Assembly (NCBI GenBank): GCA_003220335.1
Contig: QHSB01000233.1
Span: 5,397 to 69,396, forward strand
Direction: 5' to 3'
DNA: 64,000 bases
Source: Candidatus Rokuibacteriota bacterium
Lineage (GTDB): Bacteria; Methylomirabilota; Methylomirabilia; Rokubacteriales; CSP1-6
The translations under genes and the position numbers were made by a program. Below the pieces are notes generated by a model that was given only the letters and a program-made list of their open reading frames with translations, had not been told where the DNA came from and made no database searches. Positions 49,090 through 57,881 of the stretch are shown here, in pieces. How positions within the stretch are numbered: position 1 is the stretch's first letter; each line of letters opens with the position of its first letter.

Positions 49090-49349
49090 GGGAATCGAGG
49101 GGCGTCACGGCTCCGCCGGGGCCGCCCCGCACGTAGAGAATCGAGGGGCGTCACAGCTTTGCCGGGGCCGCCCCGCACGTAGGGAATCGAGGGGCGTCAC
49201 GGCTTTGCCGGGGCCGCCCCGTACGTAGGGAATCGAGGGGCGTCACGGCTTTGCCGGGGCCGCCCCGCACGTAGGGAATCGAGGGGCGTCACGGCTTTGC
49301 CGGGGCGCCCCGAGCGTTGGGGGGGTATGGGGGGCCATGTCGGGGCCCG
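49090..49349 (+). repeat. G-rich hairpin repeat family, locus B: four and a partial 46-bp tandem units plus terminal module
   Basis: Units occupy 49090-49135, 49136-49181, 49182-49227 and 49228-49273 (GGGAATCGAGGGGCGTCACGGCTTTGCCGGGGCCGCCCCGCACGTA, with a few substitutions between units). The fifth unit runs into CCGGGGCGCCCCGAGCGTTGGGGGGGTATGGGGGGCCATGTCGGGGCC. Confidence 0.9.
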
Positions 49350-50637
49350 TAAGGCGGCGGTCATCACGGGCGGCACGGCGGCGGGGCTCGGCGTCCTCAA
49401 CACGATGGCGCACGCGCAAGGGCCGAAGCTGCGCGTGTGGCTCTTCAAGAGCTACGTCACGGCCGGCAACGACATCCTGGCGCGGCAGGTCGAGGACTGG
49501 GCCAAGGAGCGCAAGGTCCAGATCGAGTTCGACTGGGCGACGTTCGGCGATCGCGAGCAGAAGTTCGTGGCCGCCATCGAGGCCGGCAACCCGCCCGACA
49601 TCGCGGAGATGAACTACCAGGGGCCGATGCGCTATCGCCCCGCGCTGCGCGACGTCACCAAGCTGGCCAAGGATCTCGCCGCCGCCCGCGGGGGCCTGCT
49701 GCCGTTCGCCGAGCGCGTCGTCCAGACCGGCGGCCAGTATTTCGGCATCGCGCGCCTCGTCTTCGGCGGCGGCCTGCACGTCCGCAAGGATCTGATCGCC
49801 GAGAAGGGCCTCAAGATGCCGAAGGTGTACGACCCCGACGTGATCGAGGTCGCGAAGAAGACGCAGGATCCGTCGAAGGACCTGTGGGGCTTCGGCCAGA
49901 CGCTCAACCGCTCCGACGACGGCAACGGCTTTCTGCAGAACATCCTCTGGGACTGGGGCGGAGGCACGTGGGACAAGGAGGGCAAGCCGGCCCTCGCCAC
50001 GAGCTACCTGAAGGAGAACACGGCGGCGCTGCAGTTCGCCGTCGACACGATCCAGAAGCACAAGATCCAGCCGCCGGGCGTGATGGGGTGGACGGACGTC
50101 CACAACAACGAGGCGTTCATGGCCGGCAAGCTGGTCATGACCAACAACGGCGCGAGCCTCTACTACGCGATGGGCGCCAAGAAGCACCCGCTGTTCGACA
50201 AGACGCAGGTGATCCTCACGCCCGGCGGGCCGGCCGGGTCGTTCGTGGCCTCGAACCCCTACAACTGGGGCCTCTTCAAGGCGAGCAAGTACGCCGAGCT
50301 CACCGACGACCTCGTGCGCTGGGTCGAGGACGAGAAGCATTTCGAGGAGTACATGAAGGCGTGCAGCGGCCAGGCGGGGCCCGTCTACAAGCTGCGCGCC
50401 GAGCATCCGTACTGGAAGACGGATCCCAACTTCCAGGGCATGCTGCAGAACATCCTGCGCGGCGTGTGGATCGGCTATCCCGGACCGAGCACGCCGGCGG
50501 CCATCGAGGTGCAGGCGCAGTACATCCTCTGCGACATGGCCGGCCGCGTGGTGACCGCCGGCCTGTCGATCGACGCGGCGCTGAAGGAAGCGCACAAGCG
50601 CGTGGAGGACATCGTCCGCATCCGCAGCCGGAGCTGA
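49327..50637 (+). CDS. ABC transporter extracellular solute-binding protein (family 1, CUT1-like)
   Basis: MGGHVGARKAAVITGGTAAGLGVLNTMAHA is a signal peptide, followed by a typical SBP_bac_1 body. The ATG lies inside the repeat terminal module. Confidence 0.85.
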   Translation: MGGHVGARKAAVITGGTAAGLGVLNTMAHAQGPKLRVWLFKSYVTAGNDILARQVEDWAKERKVQIEFDWATFGDREQKFVAAIEAGNPPDIAEMNYQGPMRYRPALRDVTKLAKDLAAARGGLLPFAERVVQTGGQYFGIARLVFGGGLHVRKDLIAEKGLKMPKVYDPDVIEVAKKTQDPSKDLWGFGQTLNRSDDGNGFLQNILWDWGGGTWDKEGKPALATSYLKENTAALQFAVDTIQKHKIQPPGVMGWTDVHNNEAFMAGKLVMTNNGASLYYAMGAKKHPLFDKTQVILTPGGPAGSFVASNPYNWGLFKASKYAELTDDLVRWVEDEKHFEEYMKACSGQAGPVYKLRAEHPYWKTDPNFQGMLQNILRGVWIGYPGPSTPAAIEVQAQYILCDMAGRVVTAGLSIDAALKEAHKRVEDIVRIRSRS

Positions 50638-50647
50638 GAGGCGCACC

Positions 50648-51595
50648 GTGGCAGTCCCGGCGGCCCACGTCGGCACCAAGGCGACGGTGCATGGCAGTCT
50701 GTCGGTCGGGCTCAGGCGCCTGCTCGGGCCCGACTACCGGATGGGCTACCTGTTCATCACGCCCATCTTCTGCTTCGTCCTCTCCCTCGTGGCCTATCCG
50801 TTCGGCTACGCGATCTACCTGTCCATGACCCACAAGCTGGTGGGGCTGCCGCCGGTCTTCGTCGGCTTCGAGAATTACATCCGGCTGACGTGGGACGGCT
50901 TCTTCCAGCGCGCCGTCGTCAACTCGTTCATCTTCACGTTCGGCTCGGTCGGCTTCAAGCTCGTGCTCGGCGTGGTGATGGCGCTGGTGCTGACCTCGCC
51001 GATCCGCTGGCGCTCCTTCTGGACCGGCGTGCTCCTGATCCCGTGGGTGGCGCCCACGGTCGTCTCGGCCCTGAACTTCCTGTGGATCTTCGACGGCAGC
51101 CTGGGCGTGCTGAACTATCTGCTCGTGCGCGTGTTCCATGTCCTGCCGCAGGGCGTGGGCTGGCTGTCCGAGCCGGGCACGGCCATGGCGTCGGTGATCG
51201 CCGTGAACATCTGGCGCGGCTTTCCCTTCTTCGGCATCTCGTTCCTCGCCGGCATGAAGGCGATCCCCGCCGAGCTGTACGAGGCGGCCGCCGTGGACGG
51301 CGCCAGCACGCTGCAACGCTTCCGGCACGTCACGCTGCCCGGCCTCCGTACCATCATGATCATCGTCGTCCTGCTTTCGACGATCTGGACGTTCAACGAC
51401 TTCCAGATCGTCTACATCCTGACCAAGGGCGGTCCGGGCGGCACCACGATGGTGATGCCGGTGCTCACCTACGAGACGGCGTTCGGCGCCCAGCGCCTCG
51501 GCGAGGCCATCGCGGTGGCGCTCTACCTGCTGCCCGCGCTCGCGGTGACGATCATGGTGCTCGCGCGCTACATGCGGAAGGGGCGCAAGCGGTGA
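50648..51595 (+). CDS. ABC transporter permease (MalF/UgpA-like)
   Basis: 315 aa, 6 TM. EAA loop: ELYEAAAVDGASTLQRFRHVTLPGL. Confidence 0.9.
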   Translation: MAVPAAHVGTKATVHGSLSVGLRRLLGPDYRMGYLFITPIFCFVLSLVAYPFGYAIYLSMTHKLVGLPPVFVGFENYIRLTWDGFFQRAVVNSFIFTFGSVGFKLVLGVVMALVLTSPIRWRSFWTGVLLIPWVAPTVVSALNFLWIFDGSLGVLNYLLVRVFHVLPQGVGWLSEPGTAMASVIAVNIWRGFPFFGISFLAGMKAIPAELYEAAAVDGASTLQRFRHVTLPGLRTIMIIVVLLSTIWTFNDFQIVYILTKGGPGGTTMVMPVLTYETAFGAQRLGEAIAVALYLLPALAVTIMVLARYMRKGRKR

Positions 51596-52425
51596 GGGCC
51601 ACGAGCGGCGCCCAGACGACCTTCGCGTACACCGTGCTCGTGATCCTCGCCGTGCTCGTGCTGTTTCCGTTCTACTGGATGACCATCACCTCGTTCAAGA
51701 ACGAGGACCAGATGCGCAGCCTGGTCTCGATGTTCTGGCCGCGGCCGCTCGTCACGGAGAACTACGAGCAGCTGCTCGGCAAGACGGACTTCGTGGCGTG
51801 GTATCGCAACAGCGCCACGGTGGCGATCTCGAGCACGCTCCTGGCGACGGCGGTGGGCACCATCGGCGCCTACGCGCTGGCGCGGCTGCGCTTCTTCGGA
51901 CGCGGGTTCATGGCCAGCGCCACCCTCATCACGTATCTGGTGCCGCCGTCGATCCTCTTCATCCCGCTCTACGCCCAGATGCGCAACCTCGGCCTCGCCA
52001 ACAGTCTCGCCGGCCTGATCGCGGCATACCCGTCGTTCACGGTGCCGTTCGTCACGTGGCTGCTCATGGGCTACTTCGAGTCGATCCCCGAGGAGCTCGA
52101 AGAGGCGGCGATGATCGACGGCGCCACGCGCTTCGGCGCCTTCTGGCGGGTGGTGCTGCCGCTCTCCGCGCCCGGCGTGCTGGCGGCGGGGCTCTACGCC
52201 TTCACGCAGGCGTGGAACGAGTTCCTGTACGCGCTCGTGTTCATCACCGATGGGCGCCTGCGCACGCTGCCCGTCGGCCTCGCCAGCTTCATCACCGGCG
52301 ACGTGTACGGCTGGGGTTACCTGATGGCGGGGGCCGTGCTCACCACGCTGCCCGTGATCGCCGCCTACATCTATCTGCAGAAGTACATGGTGGAGGGCCT
52401 CACCGCGGGCGGCGTGAAGGGATGA
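51592..52425 (+). CDS. ABC transporter permease (MalG/UgpE-like)
   Basis: GTG overlaps the upstream stop as GTGA. EAA loop: ELEEAAMIDGATRFGAFWRVVLPL. Confidence 0.9.
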   Translation: MRATSGAQTTFAYTVLVILAVLVLFPFYWMTITSFKNEDQMRSLVSMFWPRPLVTENYEQLLGKTDFVAWYRNSATVAISSTLLATAVGTIGAYALARLRFFGRGFMASATLITYLVPPSILFIPLYAQMRNLGLANSLAGLIAAYPSFTVPFVTWLLMGYFESIPEELEEAAMIDGATRFGAFWRVVLPLSAPGVLAAGLYAFTQAWNEFLYALVFITDGRLRTLPVGLASFITGDVYGWGYLMAGAVLTTLPVIAAYIYLQKYMVEGLTAGGVKG

Positions 52426-53636
52426 GGCGTGTCGCGCTCGTGCTGATCGGGCTGCTGGCGCCGGCCACGGCCCACGCCGAGATGCGGCTGCCGCCCGGCT
52501 TCACGGTGGAGGTCTACGTCACCGGCCGTGGCGAGGCGCCCGACGGCCGCGCCGCCGTCGGCATTCCCTCGACCACCTCGCTGGCCTTCGACGCCGCCGG
52601 CGCGCTCTACACCACGCGCAGCGGGCGCCGTTACCGCGACGGCGAGATCGAGGACCTGTGGCCGCTGTCGCGCTTTCCGCTCGGCGGCGCGCGGCTCGGC
52701 GGCGACCTCGCGCGCTACGCCTACGGTCCGCCGCTGCTCAACCTCCAGCTCGGCGCCGCGCGGGGGCAGGAGATGCTGGTCACGACGTTCGATCGCGATC
52801 GCGGACTCGGCGTGCTCTATCGCATCGTGGACGGGCGCGCCGAGCTCCTGGCCGGCGGCACGCCGCCGGCGGGGGAGCCACCGCTCTTCAAGCAGCCCGA
52901 GGGCGTCGCGCTCGACGCCGCCGGTAACATCTACGTGGCCGACCGCCAGCGGGGCGCCATCGTGAAGCTCGACCCGGGCGGGCGCGTGCTCGACCCGCGC
53001 TGGCTCGCCCTGTCACGTCCGCGCCTGGTGGCCGCGCGCGGCGAGCGCGTCTGGATCGCCGCGGACGGTGACACCGAGGCGCCGTGGCTGAGCGGAACCG
53101 GCGAGATCTGGAGCGTCGGCGCCGAGGGCCGGCGGTTGGCGCTGCGCGGACCCATCGTCGTCGGCATGGACGTGAGCCCGGGCGGTCACCTGTTCGCCGC
53201 CGATCGCCAGGGCGGGCGCGTGCTCGCCGTGGGCGCCGACGGCGCCTCGGTCGAGGTCGTCACGTTCACCGACGGCGACGCGCCGCGCACGCTCGGCTGG
53301 GCGCCGGTGACCGACGCCACCCGACGCGGCGGTATTGCCGGCGACCTCTTCGTTTTCTTTTCCGCCCCGGCGGCTCTGCTATCGTGCCCACGACAGGAGG
53401 GGCCATGGCCGAGAGAGGAACGGCGCAGAGCCGGCAGCAGGGGCTGCAGCAAGCGGCCTCCGTCATCTTCGCGCTGGTCGGCATCGTGCCGCTGCTCGTC
53501 TTCGCCTTCACGCTCTGGCAGCTCGGGGCGATCCACCACACGCTCGGGCAGGCGACCCTCCTCCTCACGCTGGTCCTCATGCTGCTGGGCTTCTGGTTGT
53601 TCCGCTCGATGCTCGCGCAGATGTCGGAGGTCGTGA
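52422..53636 (+). CDS. Secreted NHL/SMP-30-like beta-propeller protein; 3' end doubtful
   Basis: ATGA overlap with the permease. Signal peptide MRRVALVLIGLLAPATAHA. PEGVALDAAGNIYVADRQRGAIVKLD is an NHL-type blade. The last roughly 75 codons are low-complexity (Ser/Arg/Cys-rich) and overlap the next gene. Confidence 0.6.
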   Translation: MRRVALVLIGLLAPATAHAEMRLPPGFTVEVYVTGRGEAPDGRAAVGIPSTTSLAFDAAGALYTTRSGRRYRDGEIEDLWPLSRFPLGGARLGGDLARYAYGPPLLNLQLGAARGQEMLVTTFDRDRGLGVLYRIVDGRAELLAGGTPPAGEPPLFKQPEGVALDAAGNIYVADRQRGAIVKLDPGGRVLDPRWLALSRPRLVAARGERVWIAADGDTEAPWLSGTGEIWSVGAEGRRLALRGPIVVGMDVSPGGHLFAADRQGGRVLAVGADGASVEVVTFTDGDAPRTLGWAPVTDATRRGGIAGDLFVFFSAPAALLSCPRQEGPWPREERRRAGSRGCSKRPPSSSRWSASCRCSSSPSRSGSSGRSTTRSGRRPSSSRWSSCCWASGCSARCSRRCRRS

Positions 53637-54013
53637 GAGACGTCGTCCGCGTCGCGGCCCAGACCGCGCGCGCGGACGGCAGCGACCCCACCGCGGCGTC
53701 GATGACGGCCTATCGCGCGAGCGCGGCACCGGCGGCGCCGGGCGCCGGGCCGACGCCGGTGCGCCAGGTGGCGGGCCTCGGCTCCATCTGGGAGCTCGGC
53801 GAGATGGCGCGCACGATGGATCTGCTCTGGCAGCGCGAGGCGCGCGCGCACGTCGGCCATCAGGTCCAGATCACGGTGGCGAACTCTCAGGACCTGGCGG
53901 GACGCCTGGTCGAGGCGACCGAGGAGGGGCTGCTGCTGGAGGCGTCGGGGGGCGGCACCGTCGCCATCACGTACCGGCGGGTGCAGGGGATCGAGCCGCT
54001 GAGCAGCGGCTGA
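53405..54013 (+). CDS. Hypothetical two-TM membrane protein
   Basis: GGAGG RBS. 202 aa. Two hydrophobic helices, then a soluble C-terminal region. Confidence 0.6.
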   Translation: MAERGTAQSRQQGLQQAASVIFALVGIVPLLVFAFTLWQLGAIHHTLGQATLLLTLVLMLLGFWLFRSMLAQMSEVVRDVVRVAAQTARADGSDPTAASMTAYRASAAPAAPGAGPTPVRQVAGLGSIWELGEMARTMDLLWQREARAHVGHQVQITVANSQDLAGRLVEATEEGLLLEASGGGTVAITYRRVQGIEPLSSG

Positions 54014-54023
54014 GCGAATCGAG

Positions 54024-54049
54024 CGGCGGCGCCGGTAGCGGCGCCGCCG
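54024..54049. terminator. Hairpin between convergent genes
   Basis: CGGCGGCGCC-ggtagc-GGCGCCGCCG, a 10-bp stem. Confidence 0.45.
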
Positions 54050-54061
54050 CCCCGCATCAGG

Positions 54062-54142
54062 TTAGCGGCCGACGCCCAGCAGGAACAGCAGAATGATCAG
54101 GCTGAGCGGAACGCCCAGGAGCCAGAGCAGTATGAGCACCAT
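54062..54142 (-). CDS. 26-aa hydrophobic micro-protein (below the ORF-track cut-off)
   Basis: The minus strand reads GGAAGGAGAcccatc-ATG. It encodes MVLILLWLLGVPLSLIILLFLLGVGR then TAA, 15 nt downstream of the preceding membrane-protein gene. Confidence 0.5.
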   Translation of the reverse strand: MVLILLWLLGVPLSLIILLFLLGVGR

Positions 54143-54157
54143 GATGGGTCTCCTTCC

Positions 54158-54739
54158 TCAAGCCACGCGGCGCGGCCGCTCGAGCGGGTCGAGCGTCCGT
54201 CGGCGGTAATAGGTCAGGCTCATCGGCTCGCCCGAGGCCAGCCAGCCTCCGAGCACGGCGCCGACGAGACCGAGCAGCAGCGCGGTGACGGTCACCAGCG
54301 CGGTGTTGCGAAACGCACGAGCGGCTTCCGGGTCAACCGGCGGCACGGCCGTCGCCCACGCGGGCGAGCCGGCGAGCCCCGCGTACCAGCCTCCCCAGTG
54401 CCCCGTCGCGCCGAGCGCCGCCAGGACCAGCAGCATCGGGACGGTCAACAGCCAGACGACGCCGCCGTGCAGCATCGCGGGCTCCGCGCGTCGCAGCCCG
54501 GCGATCCGCGCGGCGACCCAGCCGCCGACGACGAAGGCGAAGAACGAGCCGCCGATGTTGAAGATGGTCGTGATGATCCGCACGTTCTTCCAGGTGGTGA
54601 AGCGCGGCGCCGTCAGCCCGTGGGCGCCGACCGCGAAGCCGATCAGCCCGATGATGAGACCGACGGCGACCGCCGCCAGAGCGCCGATCCACACGGCGCT
54701 CCAGATCGGCCAGGGACGCCAGTTTTCGTAGTCCGCCAT
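54158..54739 (-). CDS. Hypothetical integral membrane protein
   Basis: GGAGGAGG RBS. The ATG at 54739 gives MADYENWRPWPIW... 193 aa, about 4-5 TM. Confidence 0.65.
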   Translation of the reverse strand: MADYENWRPWPIWSAVWIGALAAVAVGLIIGLIGFAVGAHGLTAPRFTTWKNVRIITTIFNIGGSFFAFVVGGWVAARIAGLRRAEPAMLHGGVVWLLTVPMLLVLAALGATGHWGGWYAGLAGSPAWATAVPPVDPEAARAFRNTALVTVTALLLGLVGAVLGGWLASGEPMSLTYYRRRTLDPLERPRRVA

Positions 54740-54803
54740 AGGGAAGTTCCTCCTCCGCCACGGGTGACATTGCATCGGCCGTGCCGACGACGTCGAGACC
54801 TCG

Positions 54804-54832
54804 TTGATTTGTGGTGCAAGTTCGCCTACTTT
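54804..54832 (+). promoter_or_regulatory. Candidate sigma-70 promoter for the acyl-CoA synthetase gene
   Basis: TTGATT-N17-TACTTT, ending 17 nt upstream of the ATG at 54850. Confidence 0.4.
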
Positions 54833-54849
54833 GAGCACCCGGAGACCTC

Positions 54850-56754
54850 ATGAAGAGCGTGTACGAGGAGACCTACGTCCGATCGCTCGCCGATCCGGCC
54901 GGCTTCTGGGCGGCCGCCGCCGAAGATCTGCACTGGGATCGCCGCTGGGACCGCGTCTTCGACGACTCCCGCCCGCCGTACTACCGCTGGTTCACGGGCG
55001 GCATGCTCAACACCTGCTACAACGCGCTCGACCTGCACGTGGACCGCGGCCGCGGCAAGCAGCGCGCGCTCGTCTACGACAGCCCGGTGACCGACACCAT
55101 CCGCGTGTTCACATACACCGAGCTGCGCGACGCCGTCGCGCGGATGGCCGGCGCGCTGCGGCGGCAGGGCATCACCAGAGGCGACCGCGTGATCATCTAC
55201 ATGCCCATGGTGCCCGAGGCGGTCATGGCCATGCTGGCGTGCGCGCGGATCGGCGCCGTGCACTCCGTGGTCTTCGGCGGCTTCGCGCCCAACGAGCTGG
55301 CCAAGCGCATCGACGACGCCCGGCCCACGCTCATCCTGTCCGCGTCGTGCGGCATCGAGCCCGGCCGCGTCGTCGCGTACAAGCCGCTCCTCGACGGCGC
55401 CATCGAGCTCTCGTCCCACAAGCCGGCGCGCTGTGTGATCCTGCAGCGGCCCCAGGCCGCCGCGGCGCTGGCGAAAGGGCGCGATCTCGACTGGGACGAT
55501 TTCATGGCGGGCGCCGAGCCCGTCGAGTGCGTGCCGGTGGCGGCGACGGATCCGCTGTACGTGCTCTACACGTCCGGCACCACCGGCATTCCCAAGGGCG
55601 TGGTGCGCGACAACGGCGGCCACGCCGTCGCGCTCAAGTGGTCGATGAACGGCGTGTACGGGATGGGCGCCGGCGAGACGTTCTGGGCGGCCTCGGACAT
55701 CGGCTGGGTCGTCGGCCACAGCTACATCGTCTACGCGCCGCTGCTGAAGGGGTGCACGACGATCCTCTATGAAGGCAAGCCGGTCGGCACGCCCGACCCC
55801 GGCGCTTTCTGGCGGCTCATCGCCCAGCACGGCGTGAACGCGCTGTTCACGGCGCCGACGGCGTTCCGCGCGATCAAGAAGGAAGATCCATCGGGCGCGC
55901 ACATGGCCAAGCACGACCTCCGGAACTTCCGCACGCTGTTCCTCGCCGGCGAGCGCTGCGATCCCGACACGCTGCTGTGGGCCCGCGACCGCCTGCAAGT
56001 GCCGGTGATCGACCACTGGTGGCAGACGGAGACGGGCTGGGCGATCGCCGCCAACTGCGTGGGTCTCGGGATGCTGCCGGTGAAGCCCGGCTCGCCGACG
56101 AAGCCCACGCCGGGCTACGACGTGCGCGTGCTCGACGAGGCCAATCGCGAGGTGGCGCCCGGCACGATCGGCTCGATCGCCATCCGCCTGCCGATGCCGC
56201 CGGGCTGCCTGCCCACGCTCTGGAACAACGACGCGGGCTACGAGGCGTCGTACCTCACCAAGCACCCGGGCTTCTATCTGACCGGCGACGCGGGCTATCG
56301 CGACGAGGACGGCTACCTCTACATCATGAGTCGCATCGACGACATCATCAACGTCGCCGGCCACCGGCTCTCCACCGGCGCCATGGAGGAAGTTCTCGCC
56401 GCGCACCCGGACGTGGCGGAGTGCGCGGTGGTCGGCGTGGCCGACGAGATCAAGGGCGAGGTGCCGGTGGGCTTCGTCGTCACCAAGGCCGGCGTCACGC
56501 GCGGCGAGGCCGAGATCGTCCGTGAGCTCGTCGAGAAAGTCCGCGCCACCATCGGCCCCGTGGCCGCCTTCAAGTCGGCCGCGGTGGTCAAGCGCCTGCC
56601 GAAGACGCGCTCGGGCAAGATTCTGCGAGGCACCATGAAGAAGATCGCCGAGGGAGCGGCGTACACGCTGCCCGCGACGATCGACGATCCGGCGATCCTG
56701 ACCGAGATCACGGAGTCGCTCAAAACCCTCGGCTATCCGCGGAGGTCCCCATGA
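54850..56754 (+). CDS. prpE: Propionate--CoA ligase / acetyl-CoA-synthetase-family enzyme
   Basis: 634 aa. DPAGFWAAAAEDLHW...WF.GG.LN.CYNALD.H; YTSGTTG.PKG AMP-binding motif; C-terminal SGKILR. Confidence 0.75.
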   Translation: MKSVYEETYVRSLADPAGFWAAAAEDLHWDRRWDRVFDDSRPPYYRWFTGGMLNTCYNALDLHVDRGRGKQRALVYDSPVTDTIRVFTYTELRDAVARMAGALRRQGITRGDRVIIYMPMVPEAVMAMLACARIGAVHSVVFGGFAPNELAKRIDDARPTLILSASCGIEPGRVVAYKPLLDGAIELSSHKPARCVILQRPQAAAALAKGRDLDWDDFMAGAEPVECVPVAATDPLYVLYTSGTTGIPKGVVRDNGGHAVALKWSMNGVYGMGAGETFWAASDIGWVVGHSYIVYAPLLKGCTTILYEGKPVGTPDPGAFWRLIAQHGVNALFTAPTAFRAIKKEDPSGAHMAKHDLRNFRTLFLAGERCDPDTLLWARDRLQVPVIDHWWQTETGWAIAANCVGLGMLPVKPGSPTKPTPGYDVRVLDEANREVAPGTIGSIAIRLPMPPGCLPTLWNNDAGYEASYLTKHPGFYLTGDAGYRDEDGYLYIMSRIDDIINVAGHRLSTGAMEEVLAAHPDVAECAVVGVADEIKGEVPVGFVVTKAGVTRGEAEIVRELVEKVRATIGPVAAFKSAAVVKRLPKTRSGKILRGTMKKIAEGAAYTLPATIDDPAILTEITESLKTLGYPRRSP

Positions 56755-57878
56755 CGTATCCGCTGCCGTCGTCGACGCCCGCGCAGCTCGGCCTCGATCC
56801 CGCCGCCCTCGAGCGCCTGATGGAGCTCGTGACCCGCCACGTGGCCGAGCGCCGTTATCCCGGCGCGCAGCTGGCCATCGCGCGCCACGGCAAGCTGGCG
56901 CTGGCCCGCACGCTGGGCGACGCGCGGCTCGATCCCGCGCGCGTGGCCGCCACGGACGACACGCTCTGGCTGCTCTACTCGAACACCAAGGTGCTGACGG
57001 CGTGCGCGGTGTGGCTGCTCGCCGACCGCGGCGCGCTGTCGTTCACGGACACCGTGGCCGCGCACGTGCCAGGCTTCGAGGCCCACGGCAAGGGCGAGAT
57101 CACGATCATCCAGCTGCTCACCCACCAGGCGGGCTTTCCGTCGGCCGAGGTGCCCTCGCAGGTGTGGGACGATCACGAGCTGCTGCGCAAGACCGTCTGC
57201 GAGTTCCCGCTCGAGTGGGCGCCCGGCAGCAAGGTGCACTACCACCGGCTGGCCGCCCACTGGACGGCGGCGGTGCTGATCGAGGCCGTCACGAAGGCCG
57301 ACTACCGCACCTTCATCCGCGAGCAGGTGATCGTGCCGCTCGGGCTCGGCGACGACCTGTTCGTCGGCCTGCCGGACACGGAAGCGGAACGCGCCGCCGA
57401 CATGCACGAGCCCGGGCCCGACGGGCGCCCCGCGAAGCGCGCGGAGGAGAACCACGCGGCGTTTCGCCGCGCCGGCACGCCGGGCGGCGGCGGCTATGGC
57501 ACGGCGCGCGGGATGGCCGCCTTCTACCAGATGCTGCTCGCCGGCGGCGCGCTCGGGGCGCGCCGGCTCGTCTCGCCGCGCACGGTCGCGTACGTGCTGC
57601 GCAACTACACGGGCGACCGACCCGACGGCTACATGGGGATGCCGATGCACCGCGGCCTCGGCCCGCACCTGCGCGGCACGACCGACACCATCCGCGGCCT
57701 CGGCTCGCTGGCGTCGCCGCGCACCTTCGGCCACGGCGGCGTCGGCTCCTCGTATTGCTGGGCGGACCCCGACTCCGGCGTGTCGTTCGCGTACGTGACC
57801 AACAACCGCGTGCCGGATCCATGGCACAGCCAGCGGATGGATCTCGTCAGCAACGCGATGCACGCCGCGATCGACTAG
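56751..57878 (+). CDS. Serine hydrolase (beta-lactamase class C / esterase family)
   Basis: 375 aa. SNTK (SxxK) nucleophile motif; later HGG.GSS. Overlaps the upstream stop by 4 nt. Confidence 0.8.
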   Translation: MTYPLPSSTPAQLGLDPAALERLMELVTRHVAERRYPGAQLAIARHGKLALARTLGDARLDPARVAATDDTLWLLYSNTKVLTACAVWLLADRGALSFTDTVAAHVPGFEAHGKGEITIIQLLTHQAGFPSAEVPSQVWDDHELLRKTVCEFPLEWAPGSKVHYHRLAAHWTAAVLIEAVTKADYRTFIREQVIVPLGLGDDLFVGLPDTEAERAADMHEPGPDGRPAKRAEENHAAFRRAGTPGGGGYGTARGMAAFYQMLLAGGALGARRLVSPRTVAYVLRNYTGDRPDGYMGMPMHRGLGPHLRGTTDTIRGLGSLASPRTFGHGGVGSSYCWADPDSGVSFAYVTNNRVPDPWHSQRMDLVSNAMHAAID

Positions 57879-57881
57879 GTG

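Noticed and set aside
49090-49306. The possibility that the 46-bp repeats form a CRISPR array.
   Set aside because: The units are directly abutting, with no spacers between them. No cas genes are in the window. This is a tandem repeat, not a CRISPR array.
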